NCBI GenBank assembly: GCA_036554605.1
Contig: DATBMY010000539.1
Location: 7,010-31,009, forward strand
Direction of reading: 5' to 3'
From: Blastocatellia bacterium
GTDB taxonomy: Bacteria; Acidobacteriota; Blastocatellia; UBA7656
Length of the DNA stretch: 24,000 bases
This document shows positions 14,651 to 22,962 of the stretch, in pieces. Position numbers and translations under genes: made by a program. Under the pieces are notes generated by a model that ran no database searches, was not told the origin of the DNA, and worked only from the letters and a program-made list of their open reading frames with translations. Each line of letters opens with the position of its first letter. Position 1 is the first letter of the stretch.

Positions 14651-16081
14651 ATGCTTCACATACCGATCTTGAGAAAAGGCGAGCCCTACCGGAGTCTCGA
14701 CGTTGCGCGCGTCCCGCATCATCGCACGCGCGAGCCATTTGTCGAAATAAGCCAGGCAAACAGCGGTCTTGTGCGCCGCGACCTGCTCGACCAGCAGACG
14801 GCGCGCGACGCGCTCGCGCGCTTTACGGTCGCCGAGCTTATTGATATATGCAAACGCGCGGGCGAGCATTTCCTCAACGACGCGCTGCCTATAGGCGACC
14901 ACGATCAATTGCCGGACGATTACGTCGAGCAGGTGTCGGCCACGACCGGCCTCCCCTACGCGCTCGCGCGAAAAAACATGCGCAAGATTTACAACATGTT
15001 CGTCGAGATGCAAAGCGTGCTCGAAGGGCTCACGCGCGGTCTCGACCTTTCGGTGCTCGACCGCGGATACGGCGAGGCGGGCGGCCACGCGCTGAGCTTT
15101 TACCCTCGCGCGCTTTCGCTCGGCGTGGTGCTGCCGAGCAATTCGCCGGGGGTCCATTCGTTGTGGATACCGGCCATCGCGCTCAAGACCCCGCTCGTGC
15201 TAAAGCCCGGCAGCGCAGAGCCGTGGACGCCTTATCGAATAATCCAGGCGCTCGTGCGCGCGGGCTGTCCTCGCGAGGCGCTCAGCTATTACCCGGCCGA
15301 CCACGCGGCGGCGGGCGAGATACTGCGTCACTGCGGTCGCGGGATGTGGTTTGGCGACGTGTCGTCGGTAGGCAAGTGGGCGGGCGATCCTCGAATAGAG
15401 CTGCACGGGCCCGGCTACAGCAAGGTGGTCATAGGCGAAGACCTGGCCGATGATTGGGAGAAGTACCTCGATGTAATCGAGGCATCGATCGTTGAAAACG
15501 GCGGCCGCTCCTGCATCAACGCCTCGGGCGTCTGGGTCACGCGCCACGCGAAAGAGATAGCCGAGGCGCTGGGCAAAAGGCTTGCCGCCATCACACCCCG
15601 CGCGTCCGATGATACGGATGCGCGGATCGCGCCGTTCGCCGACCCGAATGTCGCCCGGCGAATCTCGCAGTTGATCGATCAGGGACTCGCGGAGGAAGGC
15701 GCGCGCGATGTGACGGGGGCTTATCGCGACGGCGAGCGGCTTGTAGAGTGGCAGGGCTGTTCTTATCTGCTGCCGACAATCGTTTATTGCGAGCGGCCGG
15801 ACCACCCGCTCGCCAATAGGGAATTCCTTTTTCCTTATGCGAGCGTCGTCGAGGTCGCGCCCGCCGAGTTGCCAAAGATACTGGGGTCGAGCCTCGTAGT
15901 GAGCGCGATAACGTCTGACCGGGACTTGATACGCCGCATGGTCAGCTCTCCGCACGTCGACCGGCTCAACATCGGCGCGGTGGCTACAAACCAGGTAAGC
16001 TGGGACCAGCCGCACGAAGGGAATCTCTTTGAACATTTATATGCTCGCAGAGCGTTCCATGCTCAGGGGTCGGGGGTCTGA
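14651..16081 (+). CDS. LuxC-like acyl-CoA reductase / aldehyde dehydrogenase superfamily protein
   Basis: ALDH-fold motifs LPSNSPGV, LKPGSAEPWTP, ELHGPGYSK and the catalytic-Cys region GGRSCINASG. The overall order resembles my recollection of LuxC. ATG 14651 is preferred over the TTG at 14636, which lies inside the repeat. Confidence 0.7.
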   Translation: MLHIPILRKGEPYRSLDVARVPHHRTREPFVEISQANSGLVRRDLLDQQTARDALARFTVAELIDICKRAGEHFLNDALPIGDHDQLPDDYVEQVSATTGLPYALARKNMRKIYNMFVEMQSVLEGLTRGLDLSVLDRGYGEAGGHALSFYPRALSLGVVLPSNSPGVHSLWIPAIALKTPLVLKPGSAEPWTPYRIIQALVRAGCPREALSYYPADHAAAGEILRHCGRGMWFGDVSSVGKWAGDPRIELHGPGYSKVVIGEDLADDWEKYLDVIEASIVENGGRSCINASGVWVTRHAKEIAEALGKRLAAITPRASDDTDARIAPFADPNVARRISQLIDQGLAEEGARDVTGAYRDGERLVEWQGCSYLLPTIVYCERPDHPLANREFLFPYASVVEVAPAELPKILGSSLVVSAITSDRDLIRRMVSSPHVDRLNIGAVATNQVSWDQPHEGNLFEHLYARRAFHAQGSGV

Positions 16082-16198
16082 AGTCAGGGGCAAGGGATTC
16101 TTTGTGGGAGAGCCTCTGAGATTTGAATCGGCATATTTGGACTTTGAAGTTAAGGATGCTCTGACCTCTGACTCCCGGCCCCTGTCCCCTGTAATGTT

Positions 16199-17494
16199 AT
16201 GAAGATCGTCTATATCACAGCCGGGGCCGCGGGGATGTACTGCGGCAGTTGTTTGCGCGATAACGCGCTGGCGGCCGAGTTGCTCGCGCGCGGGCACGAT
16301 GTCACGCTCGTGCCAATCTACACGCCGACTCTAACGGACGAAGAGAACGTTAGTATGGACCGCGTCTTCTTCGGCGGCATAAGCGTATATCTTCAACAGC
16401 ATTCGGCTCTATTTAGAAAGACCCCCTGGTTGCTTGACCGGTTGTGGGATTCGAAGCTCGCGCTAAGGATGGCCTCGCGACGCTCTATCCCTGTTGACCC
16501 GCGGCTGCTCGGAGAATTGACCGTATCGATGTTGCGCGGCGAAGAGGGCTTCCAGCGCAAAGAGATTCAAAAACTCGTTCACTGGCTGAAGGGCGAGCAA
16601 GCGCCCGACCTTATCAACCTGCCCAATTCACTCTTAATATCTCTGGCGCGACCGCTCAAGGAGGCGCTCTCGTGCCCGGTAGTCTGCACGCTCCAGGGCG
16701 AAGACCTCTTTTTAGAGGGACTCGAAGACTCATATCGCGCGTCGTCGCTCGAACTGATTCGCGCAAACGTCAAGTACGTCGACGCATTTATAGCCGTGAG
16801 CCGCTACTGCGCCGACTTCATGTCGGATTACCTGGAGATTCCTCCGGAAAAGATTCATGTGGTGCCGCTCGGAATAAAACTCGAAGGTTATGACCGGAAG
16901 CCGCGCGAGCAAAACGGAGAGTTTCGCGTGGGCTATTTCGCCCGCGTCGCGCCCGAGAAGGGGCTCGACGCGCTCGCCGAAAGCTACATCCGAATGCGTG
17001 AGCGGGAAGATGCCCCCGCGGCGCGGCTCGAAGTTGCGGGCTATCTCGCGCCCGAACATAAAGCGTACCTCGCCGGCGTAGAGCGCGATATGAAAGAGCG
17101 AGGCTACGGCGACGAGTTTCATTACCGGGGAGCGCTCGACCGCGAGCAGAAGATAGAGTTTCTCCAGTCGCTCGATGTGCTGTCGGTCCCGGCGACCTAT
17201 GACGAGCCGAAGGGAATGTTTCTGCTAGAGGCGATGGCCAGCGGCGTTCCCGTCGTGCAGCCTCGGCGGGGCGCGTTTCCCGAGATCATCGAAAAGACTC
17301 TCGGAGGCTTGCTAGTCGAGCCGGATGACCCCGACGCGCTTGCCGAAGGGCTGCATTCAATCTGGCGAGACCGCGCGCTCAGGGAAGAGCTCGCGCATAA
17401 CGGGTATGAACGGGTGCGCAAGTATTACAGCGCCGCCGCCGAAGCGTCGCGCGCGCTAGAGGTCTATGCCACTCAAGTAAAAAGTAAAAAGTAA
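16199..17494 (+). CDS. GT4-family glycosyltransferase
   Basis: 431 aa. MKIVYIT start and the C-terminal GT-B E-x7-E region EPKGMFLLEAMASGVPVV. There is no SD upstream. Confidence 0.9.
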   Translation: MKIVYITAGAAGMYCGSCLRDNALAAELLARGHDVTLVPIYTPTLTDEENVSMDRVFFGGISVYLQQHSALFRKTPWLLDRLWDSKLALRMASRRSIPVDPRLLGELTVSMLRGEEGFQRKEIQKLVHWLKGEQAPDLINLPNSLLISLARPLKEALSCPVVCTLQGEDLFLEGLEDSYRASSLELIRANVKYVDAFIAVSRYCADFMSDYLEIPPEKIHVVPLGIKLEGYDRKPREQNGEFRVGYFARVAPEKGLDALAESYIRMREREDAPAARLEVAGYLAPEHKAYLAGVERDMKERGYGDEFHYRGALDREQKIEFLQSLDVLSVPATYDEPKGMFLLEAMASGVPVVQPRRGAFPEIIEKTLGGLLVEPDDPDALAEGLHSIWRDRALREELAHNGYERVRKYYSAAAEASRALEVYATQVKSKK

Positions 17495-17546
17495 AAAGTA
17501 AAAAGTTGAAAGATCTTTTACCTTTTTACTTTTTACTTTTTACTTT
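17481..17546. repeat. 66-nt AT-rich near-perfect palindrome built from GTAAAAA heptamers, candidate terminator or attenuator hairpin
   Basis: The left arm (GTAAAAA)x4 overlaps the last codons and stop of the GT4 gene. The centre is AGATCT. The right arm is (TTTTTAC)x3. I checked pairing position by position: 33 pairs with one mismatch and one G-T. Confidence 0.8.
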
Positions 17547-17564
17547 CAATCAGGGGTTTCTGTA

Positions 17565-18230
17565 TTGCTCGATGTTTCCAACCTGTCAAAGCAATACCCT
17601 ACGCCGCGAGGCCCGCTTACGGTCTTGTCGAATGTGTCGCTTCGACTTGACCGCGGCGAGGCGGCCTCCATTATGGGGCCGTCGGGCAGCGGCAAAAGCA
17701 CATTGTTGCATATCATCGGCGCGCTTGAGCCGCCGACCTCCGGCACCGTAACGCTCGACGGCACGGACCCCTACCAGCTCGAAGAGAGAGAGCTTGCCGG
17801 CTTCAGGAATAAGAAGATCGGCTTCGTATTTCAGGACCATTGTCTACTCCCGCAATGCACCGTGCTTGAAAACGTGCTGACGCCGACGCTCGTTACGCGC
17901 TCGACCAACAACGCGAGTGAGCGGGCGCGAAAGCTGCTCGATCAGGTAGGTCTTTCCGAACGCGTTGATCATCGTCCGGCTGAACTGTCGGGCGGCGAAA
18001 AACAGCGCGTGGCGCTTGCTCGCGCGCTGATCAACGAGCCGCTCGTGCTGCTTTGCGACGAGCCTACCGGCAATCTCGATCACCGGGCGGCCGAGACCGT
18101 GGCGCGGTTGCTCATAGACCTGCACGCGCGCCGTGAGACTATTCTCCTGGTGGTTACTCATAGCGCCGAGCTTGGTTCGAGATTTCCAAAGCGGTTCGAA
18201 GTGGTCGAGCAGCATCTACGGCAGGCGTGA
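17565..18230 (+). CDS. ABC transporter ATP-binding protein, MacB/LolD type
   Basis: Walker A GPSGSGKST, signature LSGGEKQRVALARAL, Walker B LLCDEPTGNLD, H-loop VTHS. TTG start with AGGGG 8 nt upstream. Confidence 0.95.
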   Translation: MLDVSNLSKQYPTPRGPLTVLSNVSLRLDRGEAASIMGPSGSGKSTLLHIIGALEPPTSGTVTLDGTDPYQLEERELAGFRNKKIGFVFQDHCLLPQCTVLENVLTPTLVTRSTNNASERARKLLDQVGLSERVDHRPAELSGGEKQRVALARALINEPLVLLCDEPTGNLDHRAAETVARLLIDLHARRETILLVVTHSAELGSRFPKRFEVVEQHLRQA

Positions 18231-21200
18231 TGAAGACTTCTACCCTCATACTTCGCAATCTGACATATTACTGGCGGACCAACCTTGCCGTCGTGCTCGG
18301 GGTCGCGACCGCCGTGGCGGTGCTTGCCGGCGCGCTCGTCGTAGGCGATTCGGTGCGCGCGAGCCTGGGCCAAATATTTCTTAACCGCATAGGCAAGACC
18401 GACCACGTTATCTCGGCCACGGGGTTCTTTCGCGAGCAGCTTGCCGGCGATATTCAATCTAAGGACGAATTCAAATCGCGCTTTAGCGGCGCAGCCCCGA
18501 TTATCGCGCTCAACGCTTTCGTAACGCACGAAAAGAGCCGGCGGCGCGCTTCTTCGGTTCAACTCTATGGCGTTGATGATCGCTTCTGGCAGTTCCACTC
18601 TCTCCAAGGAGTTAAAGCGCCGGGCGAGCGAGAGGTTTTAATCAGCCCCGACCTCGCGCGCGAGCTTGGAAGCGAGCCCGCCGATTCGATACTGCTGCGC
18701 GTGGAAAAACCATCGGCCATTCCAGCCGAATCTTTGCACGGGCGGAAAGAAGAGCTTGGCCGCACCATCCGCCTCACCATTCGCGAAACATTAGAGCCCG
18801 CGGCGCTCGGCGAGTTTTCGATACGCCCCAGGCAAGGCGGCGTGCGCGCCGTCTTCGTATCGCTCGCGAGACTTCAAAAAGATCTCGAACAACCCGGCAA
18901 AGCCAACGCCATATTGATCTCTGAAAATATGCCGGGAGCATCCGGCGGCGCCGCGGCGGTAGAGGACCTGCTCAGGGAGACATTCGCGCTCGAAGACCTC
19001 GGCGTTCGCTTGCGCGCGCTTGACGCCGAGCGCGGCATATCGCTCGAAAGCGAGAGCGCCCTTATCGGCGACAAGCTCTTTGCGAGCGCGCAGGCCGCGG
19101 CCCAAAAATCTGACCTTTCGATTTCTCCCGTACTGAGCTACCTGGCGAATTCGATCCGCTCGGGTGAAGGCAACATCCCTTATTCGCTTGTCACCGGCGT
19201 CAGCGCCGGACGTTTCGGCGCCCTCGATAACGCGGGCGGCAATCCGATCATATTAAACGAATGGGCCGCGTCGGACCTCGGTGTGCGCCCGGGCGACGAG
19301 GTTACGCTCGAATACTATTTATGGAAAGATGACGGGCGGCTCGTCACCGAAACGGCCAGGTTTCAATTCGCCGCCGCGGTAACCATAGCGGGCGCGGCCT
19401 CGGACCGCGACCTCATCCCCGATTATCCCGGCATCACCGAAACCGAGAGCCTGTCGGATTGGGACCCGCCTTTCCCAATAGACCTTGAGCGCGTGCGCCC
19501 CAAAGACGAAGAGTACTGGGAGCAATATCGCACCACGCCAAAAGCTTTCATCAAGATCGAAGCCGCCGGGCGCCTGTGGCAATCGCGTCACGGTAGGCTT
19601 ACTTCCGCGCGGATACTTTCAAGCGAGCGCGCTGATCCCGCGTCTTACTTGCAGCTCTTTAAAGATAATCTGCGGCGCGAGCTTGACCCCGTCTCGACGG
19701 GGCTTGTGGCAAGCGCGGTTCGCGCCGAAGGACTCGACGCCGCCGAAGGCGCTACGGACTTTGGAGAGTACTTTGTCTATTTCAGCTTTTTCATAGTCGT
19801 CGCGGCATTACTGCTTGCAAGCCTCTTCTTCAAGCTCGGGGTCGAGCAGCGGCTGCGCGAGATAGGTCTGCTTCGGGCCGTGGGGCTTCGGGCCTCGCTC
19901 GTTCGCTCGATCTTTTTGCGGGAGGGCGTATTGCTTGCCGCTCTGGGGAGCCTGCTTGGTGTTGCGGGCGCGCTCGGCTACGGCTCGCTGATGGTTTATG
20001 GGCTGCGAACGTGGTGGGTCGGCGCGATCGGCACGACCGCGCTCGAACTGCACGTCTCGCCGGTCTCGCTTCTGCTCGGCGCGGCGGGCGGCATTGTCGC
20101 CGCCGTGATCGCCGTGGTGTTGACGCTAAGGCGGCTCAAAGATGCGACGGCGCGCGGGCTGCTTGCCGGAGTTATAGAGCCGCAAGCAACGGGCGATAAT
20201 TCATCTTTCGATCATCCGGCTGCCCGCACAGATTCGGGCAAGAGAGCGCGGCGGGCTTCGATGCTGATCGCATTGATCGCGGTACTGCTGCTCGCGGCCG
20301 CGTGGTCAGGTCTTATAAGCCAGGTGGCCGGATTTTTCGGCGCGGGCGCGATGCTTCTTGTGGCGCTTCTGGCTTACCAGTACGCGTGGCTCAAGCGACA
20401 GCAGAAGCGGTTGATACACGGCAGCGGCGCGTGGCCGCTCTCGCTTATGGGATTTCGCAACGCCTCGCACAGGCCGGGCCGCTCGATACTCTGTATCGCA
20501 TTGATAGCGTCGGCCGCTTTCATAATCGTCGCCGTCGACGCATTCAGGCGCGAAGGGCGCGAAACCGATCTCGATAAAAGATCCGGGACGGGCGGCTACC
20601 CGCTAGTCGCCGAGTCGCTCCTGCCGCTTTATCACAACCCGAATACGGAAGAGGGGCGCGAGGCGTTGACGCTTTCGGCGCAGAAAGATTTCGACCCCGC
20701 CGAAGTGGCCTTCACCAGATTTAGAGTCAGGCCCGGCGACGACGCCAGCTGCCTGAACCTCTACCAGCCGCGCCGGCCGCGAGTGCTTGGAGCGCCGGCC
20801 GAGTTTATACAGAGCGGGCGCTTCAAGTTTCAGGCATCGGAGTCTCGGACCGCCGAGCAGGAAGCGAACCCGTGGCTTTTGCTCGACGCCGCGCGTGATG
20901 ACGAAGCGATTCCGGTTATAGCCGACGCTAATTCGATGACCTATGTTCTGCACCGCAAGCTCGGCGACGAGATCGTGATTGAGGGCGATGATGGCGAGAT
21001 GTTGAGACTGCGGCTGGTCGCGGCGCTTTCAGACAGCATTCTTCAAAGCGAGCTGGTAATGTCGGAAGCGAACTTCATAAGGTTATTTCCAGGCCGCGGA
21101 GGTTACAGCTTCTTCCTGCTTGATGTCGATGCCGCGAGGGCCGGGCAAGTGGTCGGCGTGCTTGAAGAGCAGCTATCGGATTTTGGGTTCGACGCCGCTT

Positions 21201-21622
21201 CGACCGCCGAGCGGCTGGCGAGCTTTCACCGCGTCGAGAATACTTACCTGTCGGTCTTTCAGACGCTCGGCGCGCTTGGGCTCGCGCTCGGGACTTTAGG
21301 GCTTGCGACCGTATTGCTCAGAAATGTGCTTGAGCGAAGAAAAGAGCTGGCGCTGCTCAGGGCGGTCGGATACAACTCGCGACATTTCGCGCTGATGGTT
21401 ATAGCTGAAAATGCGTTTCTCGTTTTTTGCGGGCTCGCGACAGGGGTGCTGTCGGCGGCGCTCGCAATCGCGCCTGCTTTCATAACCAGGGGCGGGCAGC
21501 CGGCGACGCTTTCGCTCGCGGTGATGCTTTTGCTCGTTATAATCACGGGGCTGCTGGCCTCGATACTCGCTACGCTTGCCGCGCTCCGCGCGCCGCTCAT
21601 ACCGGCGCTTCGCGCGGAGTGA
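18227..21622 (+). CDS. Large ABC permease with two FtsX/MacB-type domains and two periplasmic domains
   Basis: 1131 aa. The start overlaps the ATPase stop (GTGATGA). There is an N-terminal TM segment, a periplasmic domain of about 470 aa and a first FtsX 3-TM block (LREIGLLRAVGL). Two further TM segments and a second periplasmic domain of about 230 aa follow. The protein ends with a second FtsX block (RKELALLRAVGY). Confidence 0.9.
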   Translation: MMKTSTLILRNLTYYWRTNLAVVLGVATAVAVLAGALVVGDSVRASLGQIFLNRIGKTDHVISATGFFREQLAGDIQSKDEFKSRFSGAAPIIALNAFVTHEKSRRRASSVQLYGVDDRFWQFHSLQGVKAPGEREVLISPDLARELGSEPADSILLRVEKPSAIPAESLHGRKEELGRTIRLTIRETLEPAALGEFSIRPRQGGVRAVFVSLARLQKDLEQPGKANAILISENMPGASGGAAAVEDLLRETFALEDLGVRLRALDAERGISLESESALIGDKLFASAQAAAQKSDLSISPVLSYLANSIRSGEGNIPYSLVTGVSAGRFGALDNAGGNPIILNEWAASDLGVRPGDEVTLEYYLWKDDGRLVTETARFQFAAAVTIAGAASDRDLIPDYPGITETESLSDWDPPFPIDLERVRPKDEEYWEQYRTTPKAFIKIEAAGRLWQSRHGRLTSARILSSERADPASYLQLFKDNLRRELDPVSTGLVASAVRAEGLDAAEGATDFGEYFVYFSFFIVVAALLLASLFFKLGVEQRLREIGLLRAVGLRASLVRSIFLREGVLLAALGSLLGVAGALGYGSLMVYGLRTWWVGAIGTTALELHVSPVSLLLGAAGGIVAAVIAVVLTLRRLKDATARGLLAGVIEPQATGDNSSFDHPAARTDSGKRARRASMLIALIAVLLLAAAWSGLISQVAGFFGAGAMLLVALLAYQYAWLKRQQKRLIHGSGAWPLSLMGFRNASHRPGRSILCIALIASAAFIIVAVDAFRREGRETDLDKRSGTGGYPLVAESLLPLYHNPNTEEGREALTLSAQKDFDPAEVAFTRFRVRPGDDASCLNLYQPRRPRVLGAPAEFIQSGRFKFQASESRTAEQEANPWLLLDAARDDEAIPVIADANSMTYVLHRKLGDEIVIEGDDGEMLRLRLVAALSDSILQSELVMSEANFIRLFPGRGGYSFFLLDVDAARAGQVVGVLEEQLSDFGFDAASTAERLASFHRVENTYLSVFQTLGALGLALGTLGLATVLLRNVLERRKELALLRAVGYNSRHFALMVIAENAFLVFCGLATGVLSAALAIAPAFITRGGQPATLSLAVMLLLVIITGLLASILATLAALRAPLIPALRAE

Positions 21623-21641
21623 TTAATAAGGTAGAAACATT

Positions 21642-22892
21642 ATGCGATCACCGGTCAATAGATTATTCAAAGCCGCGCTCTTTTGCGCGTTGCTTTCGAG
21701 CATAAATCAAGATTCTCTCGCGCAGGACTGGCCGGGGTGGCGAGGGCCCGCGCGCGACGGCGTGCTTACATCCTTCACCGCGCCAAAGTCGTGGCCCGAT
21801 CAGTTGAAGAGAATATGGAAAGTCGAGATCGGCGCGGGCCATTCGTCGCCGGTAGTCGCGGGCCGTCGTGTATATACGCATTCGAGGCAAGGTGATAAAG
21901 AGGTTGTCTCCTCATTCGAGCTTGATACGGGCAAGGCGGTATGGCAGGACACCTACCCCGCGGCTTACACGATAAACCCGGCGGCGATGGGGCACGGCAA
22001 AGGACCGAAATCGACGCCGGTGATTTCAAACGGGCGCCTGTACACGCTCGGCATAAGCGGCATACTGTCGTGTTACGACGCGGCGGCCGGAAGGCTGAAG
22101 TGGCGCAAGGAGTTTTCGAAAGAGTATAAGGCCACCTCACCGCTTTATGGGACGGCGATGTCGCCTATAGTCGAGGGCGGGCTTCTCATCGCTCACCTAG
22201 GCGGGCAGGATAGCGGCGCGCTGGTGGCATTTGACGCCGGGACAGGCAACGAGCGATGGGCGTGGAAGGGCGACGGGCCGGGCTATGCGTCGCCAATAGT
22301 GATCGATATCGAAGGCGTCCGCCAGATAGTCACTCAATCCCAGGATAACGTCGTGGGCGTGCGAGTGAGCGATGGACAGTTGCTCTGGCAGATACCTTTC
22401 ACGACCGAGTACACGCAGAACATCATCACGCCTGTAGTCTATAAGCAAACGATAATCTATTCGGGTCTCGACAAAGGCGTGACCGCTATCAGGGTGACAA
22501 GTCGCGCGGGCAAGTGGACGGCCGAGCGGGTCTGGCATAATCCGCAGGTCGCGATGTATATGAGCAGCCCCGTAGTCATTGGCGATTACATTTTCGGACT
22601 ATCGCACAAGCGCAAGGGGCAGTTCTTCTGTCTCGACGCGCGGACGGGCGAGGCGCGCTGGATGACGGAAGGGCGCGAAGGCGATAACGCGGCGATACTG
22701 GCGGGCGCGGGATTCCTCTTTTTATTGGACGACAGCGCGGAGCTGACCATAGCTAAGAGTGACGGCGGTGCTTTCGAGCCGTTGAAGAAATACAGCGTTG
22801 CCGACAGCGCCACCTGGGCGCATCCAGTGGTCGTGGGCAATCGCATATTGATAAAGGATGCCGGGTCGCTGGCGATGTGGAGTATTGAATAA
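21642..22892 (+). CDS. Secreted PQQ-like (BamB-like) beta-propeller repeat protein
   Basis: Signal peptide, then DWPGWRGPARDG and repeated W..../G..Y beta-propeller blades. It lies 19 nt after the permease gene. Confidence 0.8.
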   Translation: MRSPVNRLFKAALFCALLSSINQDSLAQDWPGWRGPARDGVLTSFTAPKSWPDQLKRIWKVEIGAGHSSPVVAGRRVYTHSRQGDKEVVSSFELDTGKAVWQDTYPAAYTINPAAMGHGKGPKSTPVISNGRLYTLGISGILSCYDAAAGRLKWRKEFSKEYKATSPLYGTAMSPIVEGGLLIAHLGGQDSGALVAFDAGTGNERWAWKGDGPGYASPIVIDIEGVRQIVTQSQDNVVGVRVSDGQLLWQIPFTTEYTQNIITPVVYKQTIIYSGLDKGVTAIRVTSRAGKWTAERVWHNPQVAMYMSSPVVIGDYIFGLSHKRKGQFFCLDARTGEARWMTEGREGDNAAILAGAGFLFLLDDSAELTIAKSDGGAFEPLKKYSVADSATWAHPVVVGNRILIKDAGSLAMWSIE

Positions 22893-22962
22893 GTAAGCGG
22901 GCGCTTCATGTTTTCCGGCGGATGTTCTACTATAACTTCACACTTTCACAAGGAGGAGACAA

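Noticed and set aside
17475-17546. GTAAAAA repeats as a CRISPR array or minisatellite
   Set aside because: The units are 7 nt long with no spacers. The two repeat blocks are inverted relative to each other and form a single palindrome. No cas genes are present.
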